64,000 bases of DNA from positions 2,157-66,156 of the forward strand of contig JAQBQV010000002.1 in assembly GCA_028286825.1 (NCBI GenBank). The letters are read 5' to 3'. Every line of letters begins with the position of its first letter. Positions within the stretch are counted from its first letter, which is position 1. Positions 1-8,749 of this stretch are shown in pieces. Below the pieces are notes generated by a model. That model had not been told where the DNA came from. It worked only from the letters and a program-made list of their open reading frames with translations, and made no database searches. The position numbers and the translations under genes were made by a program. This DNA comes from Parcubacteria group bacterium. Its GTDB lineage: Bacteria > Patescibacteriota > Minisyncoccia > Phycocordibacterales > Phycocordibacteraceae.

Positions 1-1
1 T

Positions 2-400
2 AAGCCAAGACTTGATCGAGCAAGGGAAATATACAACCAAGTAAAAGAAGAAGGTTTGGTACTTGATGGTGAAGATCTGTGGCGTTTAGGTATGCTCTAT
101 CAGCACAGTGCGGAGCCTGAGGATTATCTCACTGCTATGGAAATAGCGAACATGTCATCGGCTGCAGGAAGCGAGGCTGGAGCATGGCTAACTGCAGCGG
201 CCGAAGACCGGTATCTTCTCTCGGTTGGTAAAGATCAAAAGTGGGGGACTCAGTTTGCAAAAAATGATGAGGGACAGTGGTATCAGCAACCAATGTCGAG
301 TGATGAGGAGTCAGGTATTACTGACGACATGCGGGCGACAAAAGGCATTTCACCCCGAGCCGTACAGATGGAAGAATTCCTTAAGAGGGATGATGTATAG
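2..400 (+). CDS. Hypothetical protein, 5'-truncated by window edge
   Basis: Frame is open from position 2 (KPRLDRAREIYNQ...) into ORF 56..400; C-terminal DRYLLSVGKDQKWGTQF motif. Confidence 0.7.
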   Translation, partial: KPRLDRAREIYNQVKEEGLVLDGEDLWRLGMLYQHSAEPEDYLTAMEIANMSSAAGSEAGAWLTAAAEDRYLLSVGKDQKWGTQFAKNDEGQWYQQPMSSDEESGITDDMRATKGISPRAVQMEEFLKRDDV

Positions 401-487
401 GTTCCCACGTCGTCCCAGTGACCAATTTCACTTAGAACTGCAAGGAGTTAGTGAAATGGAAATACTCTTGTGGTGGCGGCCAGCTCG
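400..487 (+). repeat. Cassette-boundary repeat copy 1, long form with hairpin insert
   Basis: GGTTCCCACGTCGTCCC-[AGTGACCAATTTCACT..AACTGCAAGGAGTT.AGTGAAATGGAAATACT..]-GGTGGCGGCCAGCTCG; begins at the TAG of the upstream gene. Confidence 0.9.
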
Positions 488-513
488 TTAGATTCCTGAT
501 ATACTCAAGCGCG

Positions 514-1161
514 ATGACAATTAAAGACGTCTACAAAAAATTCAACATTCCGCCAAACCTCGAGACGCATATGCTCACGGTCGCGCAGGTGGTGTGCGGC
601 ATCAAAGACCACTGGAAGGGAAGTTCCATTAATTGGAATTTTATTATTGGCGCCGCACTTCTTCATGACGTGGGTAATATAGTTAAGTTTAATTTTGATG
701 CGCACCCAGAGTTCTTAGGTAAAGAGGAGGTCAATATCGAGTACTGGAGAAAAGTAAAACAGGAGGTAATTACGAAATACGGATCGGATGACCATATGGC
801 TAGTGGAAATATGTTAAAAGAAATCAATGTTTCTGCTGAGCTGCACAATTTAATTCAAAACAAATCTTTTTCAAATGCAGTTGAGGTAGCAGAAGGGAAT
901 GACTGGTACTCAAAAATACTCCTTTATGCAGATATGCGTGTGATGCCTCATGGTATAGCAACGCTCGAAGAGCGGCTTTCGGACGTGCGGAATCGTATGC
1001 CGCAATACACATCGCGACCCGACTTTGAATCTTTACTCGATGCCGCTCGAGGTATTGAAGGAGAAATAGCCGGAAATTTGGATGCTCTTATTACCTCAAT
1101 CGAGTGGGGCAAGGTTAGTGATATGGACACAGAGCTGCTGAATCGGACGTTGTCACATTAG
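514..1161 (+). CDS. HD-domain metal-dependent phosphohydrolase
   Basis: H...ALLHDVG...H...YADMR motifs; ATG 514 lies 8 nt after TATACT (500-505). Confidence 0.8.
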   Translation: MTIKDVYKKFNIPPNLETHMLTVAQVVCGIKDHWKGSSINWNFIIGAALLHDVGNIVKFNFDAHPEFLGKEEVNIEYWRKVKQEVITKYGSDDHMASGNMLKEINVSAELHNLIQNKSFSNAVEVAEGNDWYSKILLYADMRVMPHGIATLEERLSDVRNRMPQYTSRPDFESLLDAARGIEGEIAGNLDALITSIEWGKVSDMDTELLNRTLSH

Positions 1162-1167
1162 TGAAAA

Positions 1168-1199
1168 AGGTTCCGACGTCGTACCAAGCGGCGAGCTCG
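1168..1199 (+). repeat. Cassette-boundary repeat copy 2
   Basis: AGGTTCCGACGTCGTACCAAGCGGCGAGCTCG. Confidence 0.9.
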
Positions 1200-1242
1200 T
1201 GAATTAAGGGAAGTTTGATATGCTGAAAGGAACAATATCAAC

Positions 1243-1986
1243 ATGGAAGACATGGTTCAATACAAAGGAGATTTGGCCGATAAATATAGTTCACAAGATC
1301 GATTGGCCCATCCACAGAATATGGTTCCGTATTCAACTTGGCTAGAAGAGCTAGGAGATATTCAGAGTCTTGAAATTCTCGATCTGGCCTGTGGAAGCGG
1401 ATACGGCTCAAGAATGTTGGCTGAAAGAGGCGCTCGTGTCACTGGCGTTGATATTGCTCCAGAAATGATAGCGAAAGCTCAAGAGATTGAAGCGCTGGAC
1501 GCACTCGGTATTACATACATCGTTTCCGACGCAAAGAAGTTGGATCTACATAAGACATTCGACATTGTTGCTCCGTCGTTTTTATTTAATTACGCGAAAG
1601 ATAAACAAGAATTAATTGAATTGATCGCGACAGCCGCAATACATTTGAATACAGGAGGAAGAATGGTTGCCTTGAACGCACCACCGAATCCAATCATCCT
1701 TCGTTTACCCAATGCAAATTCATCCACGGAATGGCTGGGTGAACCAAACAAAGAAGGATCGCTCGTGAGGATGCATTTCTATGACCTTAAAGGAGATTGG
1801 CTCTGCGATATCGATTTTAACTACTGGTCAAAAGAGACATATGAGGAATGTTTTAATTTGGCAGGCTTCACAAATATCGAGTGGGTTCCTATGCGGATGA
1901 CTGAAGAGGGGAAGCGGTTATTGCCTAACTGGCAAGACATAGAGAAAAATATTTGCAGTATCGTCGTCAAAGGAATCAAAGCATAG
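1243..1986 (+). CDS. Class I SAM-dependent methyltransferase
   Basis: ILDLACGSG motif I; GVDIAPEMI. Confidence 0.9.
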   Translation: MEDMVQYKGDLADKYSSQDRLAHPQNMVPYSTWLEELGDIQSLEILDLACGSGYGSRMLAERGARVTGVDIAPEMIAKAQEIEALDALGITYIVSDAKKLDLHKTFDIVAPSFLFNYAKDKQELIELIATAAIHLNTGGRMVALNAPPNPIILRLPNANSSTEWLGEPNKEGSLVRMHFYDLKGDWLCDIDFNYWSKETYEECFNLAGFTNIEWVPMRMTEEGKRLLPNWQDIEKNICSIVVKGIKA

Positions 1987-2043
1987 ATTCAATAGCGGGC
2001 TCAACAAGCCTAAGCTGCTGTCTCACGATCTCTTCTCAAAAAA

Positions 2044-2071
2044 ATCCCATGTCGTACCAGACGGCCAGCTC
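2044..2071 (+). repeat. Cassette-boundary repeat copy 3
   Basis: ATCCCATGTCGTACCAGACGGCCAGCTC. Confidence 0.9.
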
Positions 2072-2090
2072 ATAGGGGTATAATAATGAC

Positions 2091-2423
2091 ATGTTTATCA
2101 AGGCTAGGAAAATACTCATAAATGCATTTCCAGTAGCATTAATGATTATTTTAATCCCAATCGTTTTAAATGATTTTCTTCTTGCGGCACTGTATCTTGT
2201 GATCGCGATCATCTCTTTAATGACGCGGCACGAGAAAAACGATTATCTCGCATATGTATTCGGTCTGGTTGTGATCACCATCTCTGAATATTTTTTTATC
2301 CAGACGGGAGTGGAAACATTTATGCGAAATAGTCTTTTTGGAATAATGCCAGTTTGGCTGCCCCTTTTATGGGCATATGCCTTTGTTGCCATAATGAGAT
2401 CGCTCAGAGTTTTAGATCAATAA
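2091..2423 (+). CDS. Small multi-pass membrane protein (DUF2878-like)
   Basis: Hydrophobic helices; E..FIQTG...PVWLPLLW. Confidence 0.7.
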   Translation: MFIKARKILINAFPVALMIILIPIVLNDFLLAALYLVIAIISLMTRHEKNDYLAYVFGLVVITISEYFFIQTGVETFMRNSLFGIMPVWLPLLWAYAFVAIMRSLRVLDQ

Positions 2424-2452
2424 AGGTTCCCACGTCGTACCAGACGGCCAGC
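2424..2452 (+). repeat. Cassette-boundary repeat copy 4
   Basis: AGGTTCCCACGTCGTACCAGACGGCCAGC immediately after TAA. Confidence 0.95.
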
Positions 2453-2474
2453 AAAATAAGTAATGATTAGCTAC

Positions 2475-2588
2475 TTAAGCGGTTGGCCGAAACCAATCCG
2501 TGAACCAAGAGACGTATACAAGAATGCCGAGGAAGAAAATAACAATAGCTGATGCAATGAGGGCAATCCATTTAAATAGCTGTTTCAT
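2475..2588 (-). CDS. 37-aa single-pass membrane peptide (below ORF track cutoff)
   Basis: MKQLFKWIALIASAIVIFFLGILVYVSWFTDWFRPTA*; GATAAT 6 nt upstream of ATG; fills the space between repeats 4 and 5. Confidence 0.6.
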   Translation of the reverse strand: MKQLFKWIALIASAIVIFFLGILVYVSWFTDWFRPTA

Positions 2589-2618
2589 TCAGGGATTATC
2601 GCATACCTCCGACACAGT

Positions 2619-2649
2619 GGTTCCCACGTCGTACCAGACGTCGAGCTCG
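2619..2649 (+). repeat. Cassette-boundary repeat copy 5
   Basis: GGTTCCCACGTCGTACCAGACGTCGAGCTCG. Confidence 0.95.
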
Positions 2650-2721
2650 AGATAACAATGGTAATTCCTTGTTATGAACAGTCAGAATAAGATAGGACCG
2701 CAGGATTGGTATCATGGGCGA

Positions 2722-3273
2722 ATGAAACAACCTATCAGGCGTAAAGGGTTCACACTCATTGAGTTGCTTGTTGTTATTGCGATTATTGGAATTCTATCAG
2801 CAGTAGTCGTTGCAGCAACTTCGTCATCTCGCATAAAAAGTCGAGATGCGGCACGCGTCTCATCAATTCGACAAATACAATATGCGCTTGCTCTGTACCA
2901 TAGTACAAACGGAGCCTATCCTCCCTGTCTTTACGTCAGTGCCTGCGGAGCTTCTTCACTTGAGTCCGCATCTCCCTCGGTCATGAAATCTGTTCCAAAA
3001 GATCCCTTGAGTGGCCTGAACTATTCCTATGCTGCAGTTGGGTCAGGATCATCTTGTACCTCATATCATCTCGGTGCATCTCTTGAAGATAAGACAAATC
3101 GAGCAATGCAGGCAGGGGCCGACGCACCAGCTAGTAGTGTTTGTACAGGTAGTGCTGTGGATTTCTCAGGTCTTTCCTATGCAGCTGCGGGGCAGTTATG
3201 TAATCTTATTGCTGGAACGCCACAACCCACAGCAGCTATAAATGGGGAGACATGCTACGACGTTAAGCCCTAG
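2722..3273 (+). CDS. Type IV pilin / GspG-like pseudopilin
   Basis: Prepilin site KG|FTLIELLVVIAIIGIL; RDAAR; VPKDP; Cys pairs. Confidence 0.92.
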   Translation: MKQPIRRKGFTLIELLVVIAIIGILSAVVVAATSSSRIKSRDAARVSSIRQIQYALALYHSTNGAYPPCLYVSACGASSLESASPSVMKSVPKDPLSGLNYSYAAVGSGSSCTSYHLGASLEDKTNRAMQAGADAPASSVCTGSAVDFSGLSYAAAGQLCNLIAGTPQPTAAINGETCYDVKP

Positions 3274-3299
3274 ATTGCTTATTGTTACGGCTGTAAAAA

Positions 3300-3330
3300 A
3301 GTTCCCACGTCGTACCAGACGGCCAGCTCG
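3300..3330 (+). repeat. Cassette-boundary repeat copy 6
   Basis: AGTTCCCACGTCGTACCAGACGGCCAGCTCG. Confidence 0.95.
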
Positions 3331-3347
3331 TACTATATACTTAGCTC

Positions 3348-4277
3348 ATGTCTGGAAGTTCTCGACAGGAGATACGCGTTGGAGTGCTTATGTATACCTA
3401 TGATCGCGTTGATGATGCGCGAGTCAACATGGAAATAATTCGAAATGTCTGGTCGAAAGTTCCCTTGCTCAAAGATGTAGTCGTTGTACACGCGTATAAC
3501 GGTAACCAAGATTGGTGGCCAGAGGCGTATTTAGAAAATACTCTTTGTCGCACAGACAACCCAGGACATTTTAGCGGTGCAGAGCTTCTCCTCAATACAG
3601 GCATTCAAGTTTTCAAGGAAAAATATCCAGACATCACGCATGTTGTTGTTCTCGCTTCTGATACGTGGTGTGTTAAGCCTGAATATATACAAAATGTCAT
3701 TCAAGAGATGGTATCTAAAGAACTCTATCTTGCAACAAACGCGTGGGGTAGTAAGAAAGATACAAATATGTTCAAAATTGGTATGGCGCTCGATTTATTT
3801 ATTCTAGACATGGATTTTGTAAAGAAGTCTGAATTTTTTCCTTTAAACTACAAGAGCTTTGGTGACAAATACGGAGAACTTCTTATGTATCGAGGCACTT
3901 TCGCGTTTCTTGAGCGTGTGTTTGCCCTTAGGTTTAAGCAGGCACTCATGAGAATTGCTCCTATTCCAAGTGAAAATCTTATTGAGAAGGTTGCCTTAGC
4001 TCACCTCTATCATATGCGTGAACGTGAACCAGTACATTATGAGCAAAAAGCTTTTTTCAAAAAACCTATAGGGAAGAGGCACATGTATTGGCCAAAAATT
4101 GGGTTATTGACCCATCATGATCCGGTCGAGAAACGGCGCGCACTGAAGGAATATCGTCTCTCGCTAGGCGAGCACGGAAGACGTTTCCTTGAGGCAAGGG
4201 ATTTCAAGTATTTTAATCAAGGGAAAAATAAAACCACTTTTGTGAAAGGAGCCAAAACTATCGACTACAACGACTAA
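3348..4277 (+). CDS. Hypothetical protein, possible GT-A fold glycosyltransferase
   Basis: N-terminal VGVLMYTYDR..VVVVH; VVLASDTW (DxD-like position). Confidence 0.55.
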   Translation: MSGSSRQEIRVGVLMYTYDRVDDARVNMEIIRNVWSKVPLLKDVVVVHAYNGNQDWWPEAYLENTLCRTDNPGHFSGAELLLNTGIQVFKEKYPDITHVVVLASDTWCVKPEYIQNVIQEMVSKELYLATNAWGSKKDTNMFKIGMALDLFILDMDFVKKSEFFPLNYKSFGDKYGELLMYRGTFAFLERVFALRFKQALMRIAPIPSENLIEKVALAHLYHMREREPVHYEQKAFFKKPIGKRHMYWPKIGLLTHHDPVEKRRALKEYRLSLGEHGRRFLEARDFKYFNQGKNKTTFVKGAKTIDYND

Positions 4278-4281
4278 ATAA

Positions 4282-4313
4282 AGCTTCCCACGTCGTACCA
4301 GACGGCCAGCCCG
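4282..4313 (+). repeat. Cassette-boundary repeat copy 7
   Basis: AGCTTCCCACGTCGTACCAGACGGCCAGCCCG. Confidence 0.95.
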
Positions 4314-4334
4314 TGATACGATTTATATAACGTC

Positions 4335-4565
4335 ATGCCAAAGAAGAGACAGACATCAAAGACCTACAAGCATTACCACAAAGATGGGAGTTTGTGGGCA
4401 GAAGGGAAACTGGTAGAAGGGCAAATGGAAGGCTTTTGGAAGTGGTTTCGAAAAGATGGCACCAAAATGCGTTCAGGCTATTTCAAATCAGGAAAGCAGA
4501 GCGGCAAATGGACGACCTATGACAAAACAGGCGGAGTCGTTAAAGTTACAGACTTTGGTAAATAA
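4335..4565 (+). CDS. MORN-variant repeat protein (YwqK-like)
   Basis: Repeats YHKDG..GK..EG.WKWFRKDG..G.WTTYDKTG. Confidence 0.8.
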   Translation: MPKKRQTSKTYKHYHKDGSLWAEGKLVEGQMEGFWKWFRKDGTKMRSGYFKSGKQSGKWTTYDKTGGVVKVTDFGK

Positions 4566-4595
4566 GTTCTAATTTTGTACTGCAACTATTCCAGC
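4565..4595 (+). repeat. Degenerate cassette-boundary repeat copy 8
   Basis: AGTTCTAATTTTGTAC...CCAGC; 10/15 match to left arm plus CCAGC end; starts at the stop codon. Confidence 0.5.
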
Positions 4596-4620
4596 ATGGA
4601 AGCTGTTATATACTGCACAC

Positions 4621-4875
4621 ATGTTTAGCTCAAGGCAGACGGCGCTCTTAATCTTGGCTATCACTGCTGTCGTGTGTTCCCGGGTAATGTTTTCGCTCTT
4701 CAATGATCCTGAGGGTCCCAATCTACTGGTGGTCATGGGGATGGCAGCAATCCTCTATTTCCTATCTTTGGCGGCATATATATACAATCCCTTAGAAACC
4801 GGCCTCAAGAATCTTGTACTAACTATTTTCATCCAGGTACTACTAGCTACCGGTCTTTATTTCTGGTTGAGTTAA
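4621..4875 (+). CDS. Small 3-TM membrane protein
   Basis: Hydrophobic; FNDPEGPNLLVV motif. Confidence 0.75.
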   Translation: MFSSRQTALLILAITAVVCSRVMFSLFNDPEGPNLLVVMGMAAILYFLSLAAYIYNPLETGLKNLVLTIFIQVLLATGLYFWLS

Positions 4876-4905
4876 AGTTTCAACTTCGTACCACAATGCC
4901 AGCTC
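4876..4905 (+). repeat. Degenerate cassette-boundary repeat copy 9
   Basis: AGTTTCAACTTCGTACCACAATGCCAGCTC directly after TAA. Confidence 0.75.
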
Positions 4906-5023
4906 CTTAAGCCAAGGTAAGCATTTACTCATAATTTCCAGCTGTCAAGAAAGTGCCAGGTCTAAGATAACTGCTTATCCCCCTATTTACGATTGTATGA
5001 TCTGGGTCGCGTATACTAACCCC

Positions 5024-5533
5024 ATGAACACAACCAATAAGAGGATAATAATCGCAGTTATCGTAATACTACTCGTAGCTGGTGGTCTATGGTTTATGAC
5101 GACTCGGTCTTCAAACACGAGCGACACCCTTGGCACCCCAGATAATTCAGGGCAGGCAGATCAGGTAACAAAGAACGGTCAAAGCGTTACGACGAAAACA
5201 ACCACCACGACCGCTACCTCGTCGCCTGCGGATGTAACCGGGCAAATCGAAATCGGCATGAATCAAACAGGAGGAGCGTTCGGGGTAACCATCACTCCGG
5301 ATCAGGTGGTAGAAGATAGCCGCTGTCCGACGGACGTGAAGTGTATCCAGGCCGGCACGGTTCGAGTACATGTACTCTTCAATGGAGTAACGAGCCAGAC
5401 TATCGCCATCGGCGATCGAATAACGCTTGGAGGAGAGGCAGTCACTCTTCTACAGGTAAAGCCAGCTAAAGTCTCAACGGTCACCCTTAAAAATTCTGAT
5501 TATCGCTTCGTCTTCAAGATTGAGCAGCCCTAA
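5024..5533 (+). CDS. Membrane-anchored exported protein
   Basis: N-terminal TM, Thr-rich linker, EDSRCP.DV.CIQAG motif. Confidence 0.75.
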   Translation: MNTTNKRIIIAVIVILLVAGGLWFMTTRSSNTSDTLGTPDNSGQADQVTKNGQSVTTKTTTTTATSSPADVTGQIEIGMNQTGGAFGVTITPDQVVEDSRCPTDVKCIQAGTVRVHVLFNGVTSQTIAIGDRITLGGEAVTLLQVKPAKVSTVTLKNSDYRFVFKIEQP

Positions 5534-5551
5534 TCACTTTTGCTGTTGTGA

Positions 5552-5650
5552 TTACTCACGTCGTACCGTCGATTTAGAAGACAAGAGGCAGGGTCATTGT
5601 GTTTTCTAAAGTACTCCTATGACATGACTTTGAGGTAGTGGCGGCCAGCC
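5552..5650 (+). repeat. Cassette-boundary repeat copy 10, long form with a different insert
   Basis: TTACTCACGTCGTACC-[..TTTAGAAGACAA..TTGTGTTTTCTAAA..]-GGTAGTGGCGGCCAGCC. Confidence 0.8.
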
Positions 5651-5724
5651 AAGTGCGTAACTGAGGTGATGGCCGGCTACAGACAAGAAACAAAAGCTGA
5701 GGTGATACAATCTAGATACGTAGT

Positions 5725-8283
5725 ATGCTAGCCTTGCGTAAGTCGTGCTTATTTTTAACCGTTATCTTTGTGTGCGGTGTCTATTTTGCATTGCCTCCTG
5801 TATTGTCTGCGGCAGAGCGAGGAGCGCAATCAGACAGTATTGGTACAGGAGCAGAATATGCGCCGTCTGAAGTTCTGGTCAGGTATAAAAAGTCAGGTGT
5901 CAATTTGGAAACATTTGCGGGTAGAAACGTCGCGTCAGATATAAGCAAGCGCAAATTCCTTGCAATAGAGGAGCATTTCCAGAAAGAGAACATCTCTCTT
6001 TTGAAAATTAAGGACAGAAGGTCAGTTGAGGAGGTAGTCGCAGAGCTCAAGAACGACCCAAACGTAGAGTACGCAGAGCCAAATTATACTCGGAAGATCT
6101 CAGTGATTGGTTCTAACGATACTCACGCAGCTCTTCTTTGGGCTCTCGACAACTCAGGTCAAACGATACCCGGAAGTTTCGGCACGATCGCGGGTACTGT
6201 CGATGCGGACATTGATGCCCCCGAAGCATGGGCGATAAGCGAAGGAGGGGATGCAACTGTAGTTGTCGCCGTTATTGATATTGGTGTCTTGTACTCGCAT
6301 CCCGATCTACTCGCAAATATGTGGGATGGAACGAACTGTAAGAGTGACACAGGTGCTGCTCTAGGCGAGTGCAGTCATGGGTACGACTATCAGGACAACG
6401 ACAAAGACCCGCTGCCGTCGGGAGGAGCTTCTCACGGCACGCATGTGTCGGGAGGTATTGGAGCCGTGAAGGATAACGGGGCAGGCATTACGGGCGTTGC
6501 TCCCCATGTGAAAGTGATGGCTATGCGATTTGCGCTCAATGTTTCCTCTGAGATAAAGGCGATCGACTTTGCGATTCAAAATGGCGCGAAAATAATCAAT
6601 GCTAGCTTTGGTGGACCAGGATTTTCACAGCTCGAATACGATGCGATAGAGCGCTTCAAAGAAGCCGGAGGCATTTTCGTCGCTGCAGCAGGGAATTGTG
6701 GGGATGCGGCCACCTTTGCTGCCAATGGGTGTTCAAGTCAGAATCAAGTCCTTTACCCGGCAGGTTACGATTTGTCGAATATTATCTCTGTAGCTGCCAC
6801 TGCTCAGGACGATACGCTTGCAACGTTCTCAAATCACGATCAAACATGGGTTGATGTCGGCGCACCGGGTACGAACATCTTAAGTACTATCACCGGAAAT
6901 GCCTACGCTTACTCAAGCGGCACTTCGATGGCTGCGCCATACACGGCTGGGCTTGCAGCGTTACTATGGGGATACAACAACGATCTTTCATTTGCGGAGG
7001 TAAAAAGTCTCATCCTTGATAATGGAGATATTGAAGATTCTCTTGTCGGTGCCACAGTCTCAGGGAAAAGGATCAATGCTCAGAAATCGCTTTTTGGTGC
7101 AACTATTTTATATGCAGACTCGCTTCACGATGGAGCTGTAGAAGGAGTGGGTCCCGACCTGTACGCAGTCGGGTCTAGGGCGATTCTTCAAACAGCGATA
7201 GATGTCGCGACAGAGATCAAAAATAACAGCGAATCCTCTGACGCCGACATAACCGCAGCCGTCGTTGACTTACGTGCGGCTCTCACGACATTTCTTGCTG
7301 CGCGCAATCCGGAATTTTCAAATCTAACAGCTCTCACTCTTGCCATCAGTAGCGCGCAAGCCGTTCTGGCTTTGGCAGAAGAAGGGACAGTGCCCGGGCA
7401 CTACGCTCTCGGCTCGATAGCAACTTTGAATACTGCACTGGATTTAGCGCTCCTCATTACTGATGGAGACTCGCAAGCAACAGTAGATGCATCCGTCGTA
7501 GCACTAAATGCTGCTGTCCAGGCGTTTCAAAATGGCAGAGTTTCCCCAGTCATTACTACTTCGCTTGACACTGGCGGTTCAATAAACCCATCTGGGTCAG
7601 TCGTTGTCTCTTATGGGAGCGATCAGATGTTTACAATAACTGCTGACAGCGGGTACGCGATCAAAGAGGTTTTAATTGATGGCATATCCGTTGGCACAAA
7701 TGGCACGCAACTCTTTAGTAACGTAGTCGCTCACCATGTGATAACGGCTACTTTCGATCCGGTTACTTTTAGCAGTGTTTCCGTTGGTGGAGGTGGAGGT
7801 GGAGGAGGAGGTGGTGGTGGAGGCGGCGGTATTTCTTCGTCAGCGCCGCCAGCTCCGGTAGTAGCTCCGATTGTGAAAGCTGTCCCAATCACCCAAACTA
7901 AACCGAGTGACTGCAAGCCAGGCTTCTTGTTCAGTCCATCAACGGGACTTTCGTGTGGACCCCTGCCAGACTCATCAGATTTGCCGCGCTTCTTACTCGC
8001 ACAGGCCAGCGCTCCTCTAGAGACCGCCGCTGCGCCATTCCTATTCAACAGAAATCTCACGCTAGGAACTGTCGGAGCAGATGTGAGGCAGCTACAAATC
8101 TACCTTAATGCGCGTGGCTTCATTGTCTCAGCAGCAGGTGTTGGGTCAGTTGGGAATGAAAGTACTTATTTTGGAGCGTTAACCAAGAAGGCACTCGCCG
8201 AGTATCAAAGCGCAACTGGTATTAGCCCGGCCGCTGGCTACTTGGGACCCGTTACGAGAGCATATGTTAATACCCACCAGTAG
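5725..8283 (+). CDS. Secreted S8 subtilisin-like protease with helical repeats, poly-Gly linker and C-terminal peptidoglycan-binding domain
   Basis: VAVIDIG, HGTHVSG, AAAGN, GTSMAAP; C-terminal NLTLGTVGADVRQLQ..YFG.LT..AL..YQ..G..GP.TR. Confidence 0.92.
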   Translation: MLALRKSCLFLTVIFVCGVYFALPPVLSAAERGAQSDSIGTGAEYAPSEVLVRYKKSGVNLETFAGRNVASDISKRKFLAIEEHFQKENISLLKIKDRRSVEEVVAELKNDPNVEYAEPNYTRKISVIGSNDTHAALLWALDNSGQTIPGSFGTIAGTVDADIDAPEAWAISEGGDATVVVAVIDIGVLYSHPDLLANMWDGTNCKSDTGAALGECSHGYDYQDNDKDPLPSGGASHGTHVSGGIGAVKDNGAGITGVAPHVKVMAMRFALNVSSEIKAIDFAIQNGAKIINASFGGPGFSQLEYDAIERFKEAGGIFVAAAGNCGDAATFAANGCSSQNQVLYPAGYDLSNIISVAATAQDDTLATFSNHDQTWVDVGAPGTNILSTITGNAYAYSSGTSMAAPYTAGLAALLWGYNNDLSFAEVKSLILDNGDIEDSLVGATVSGKRINAQKSLFGATILYADSLHDGAVEGVGPDLYAVGSRAILQTAIDVATEIKNNSESSDADITAAVVDLRAALTTFLAARNPEFSNLTALTLAISSAQAVLALAEEGTVPGHYALGSIATLNTALDLALLITDGDSQATVDASVVALNAAVQAFQNGRVSPVITTSLDTGGSINPSGSVVVSYGSDQMFTITADSGYAIKEVLIDGISVGTNGTQLFSNVVAHHVITATFDPVTFSSVSVGGGGGGGGGGGGGGGISSSAPPAPVVAPIVKAVPITQTKPSDCKPGFLFSPSTGLSCGPLPDSSDLPRFLLAQASAPLETAAAPFLFNRNLTLGTVGADVRQLQIYLNARGFIVSAAGVGSVGNESTYFGALTKKALAEYQSATGISPAAGYLGPVTRAYVNTHQ
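7786..7830 (+). repeat. GGN repeat encoding Gly15
   Basis: ggtggaggtggaggtggaggaggaggtggtggtggaggcggcggt. Confidence 0.9.
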
Positions 8284-8323
8284 TTCATGTGTTATTTACT
8301 CGAATCACATATACTGGAATCCT

Positions 8324-8581
8324 ATGGATACCGAGGACCAGAACAAACAGAATCAGGAGGAGTTTAAGGTGGATGGGGAAGAGCTTATTCGTAAAGTGAA
8401 GGAACTGATAAAAGCGGGCAATGCCCGAAGGATTATCATTAAGAATGACGTGGGCGAATCACTCATTGAAATCCCTCTCACAATTGGCGCAGTTGGAGCT
8501 CTCATTGCTCCCGTTCTCGCTGCAGTCGGAGCGATTGCTGCCTTGATGACGAAATGCACCATTGTTGTCGTGAAGAAATAA
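8324..8581 (+). CDS. DUF4342-like protein
   Basis: KVKELIKAGNARRIIIK...IPLTIG..GALIAPVLAAVGAIAAL. Confidence 0.8.
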   Translation: MDTEDQNKQNQEEFKVDGEELIRKVKELIKAGNARRIIIKNDVGESLIEIPLTIGAVGALIAPVLAAVGAIAALMTKCTIVVVKK

Positions 8582-8618
8582 AGACGGATTCCTGATTCTT
8601 AACATGAAAGGGGGTAGT

Positions 8619-8680
8619 GGTTCCGTATTCGTGCCGGTGACCTGACTGCAATGAGTTAGCGAAATGGCAATACTCTTGTG
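8619..8680 (+). repeat. Degenerate long-form repeat with copy-1-type insert
   Basis: GGTTCCGTATTCGTGCCGGTGACC-TGACTGCAATGAGTTAGCGAAATGGCAATACTCTTGTG. Confidence 0.8.
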
Positions 8681-8691
8681 TCGAAGCTGAA

Positions 8692-8727
8692 TAACAAAAA
8701 AGACCCGCGCTTGGGTCTTTTTTGTTA
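8692..8727. terminator. Bidirectional intrinsic terminator
   Basis: TAACAAAAAAGACCC-gcgctt-GGGTCTTTTTTGTTA between convergent genes. Confidence 0.85.
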
Positions 8728-8749
8728 CGTGTCTTCTACTGTTCCTCGC

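Noticed and set aside
400..487. Repeat as a coding remnant (minus strand reads LAVWYDVGT / HWDDVGT)
   Set aside because: No extended ORF, and indels and hairpin inserts break the frame. An origin from a recombinase gene end cannot be excluded without a search.
2424..2452. Repeat as a tRNA 3'-end duplication (GGTTC...CCA) or an intrinsic terminator
   Set aside because: No T-arm stem or correct spacing to CCA, a weak stem and no U-tract.
400..5650. CRISPR array interpretation of the ~30-bp repeats
   Set aside because: Spacing is irregular (about 170-1000 bp), the intervals are whole genes, and there are no cas genes.
7731..8060. Minus-strand poly-Pro ORF
   Set aside because: Antisense shadow of the Gly15 linker of the S8 protease.
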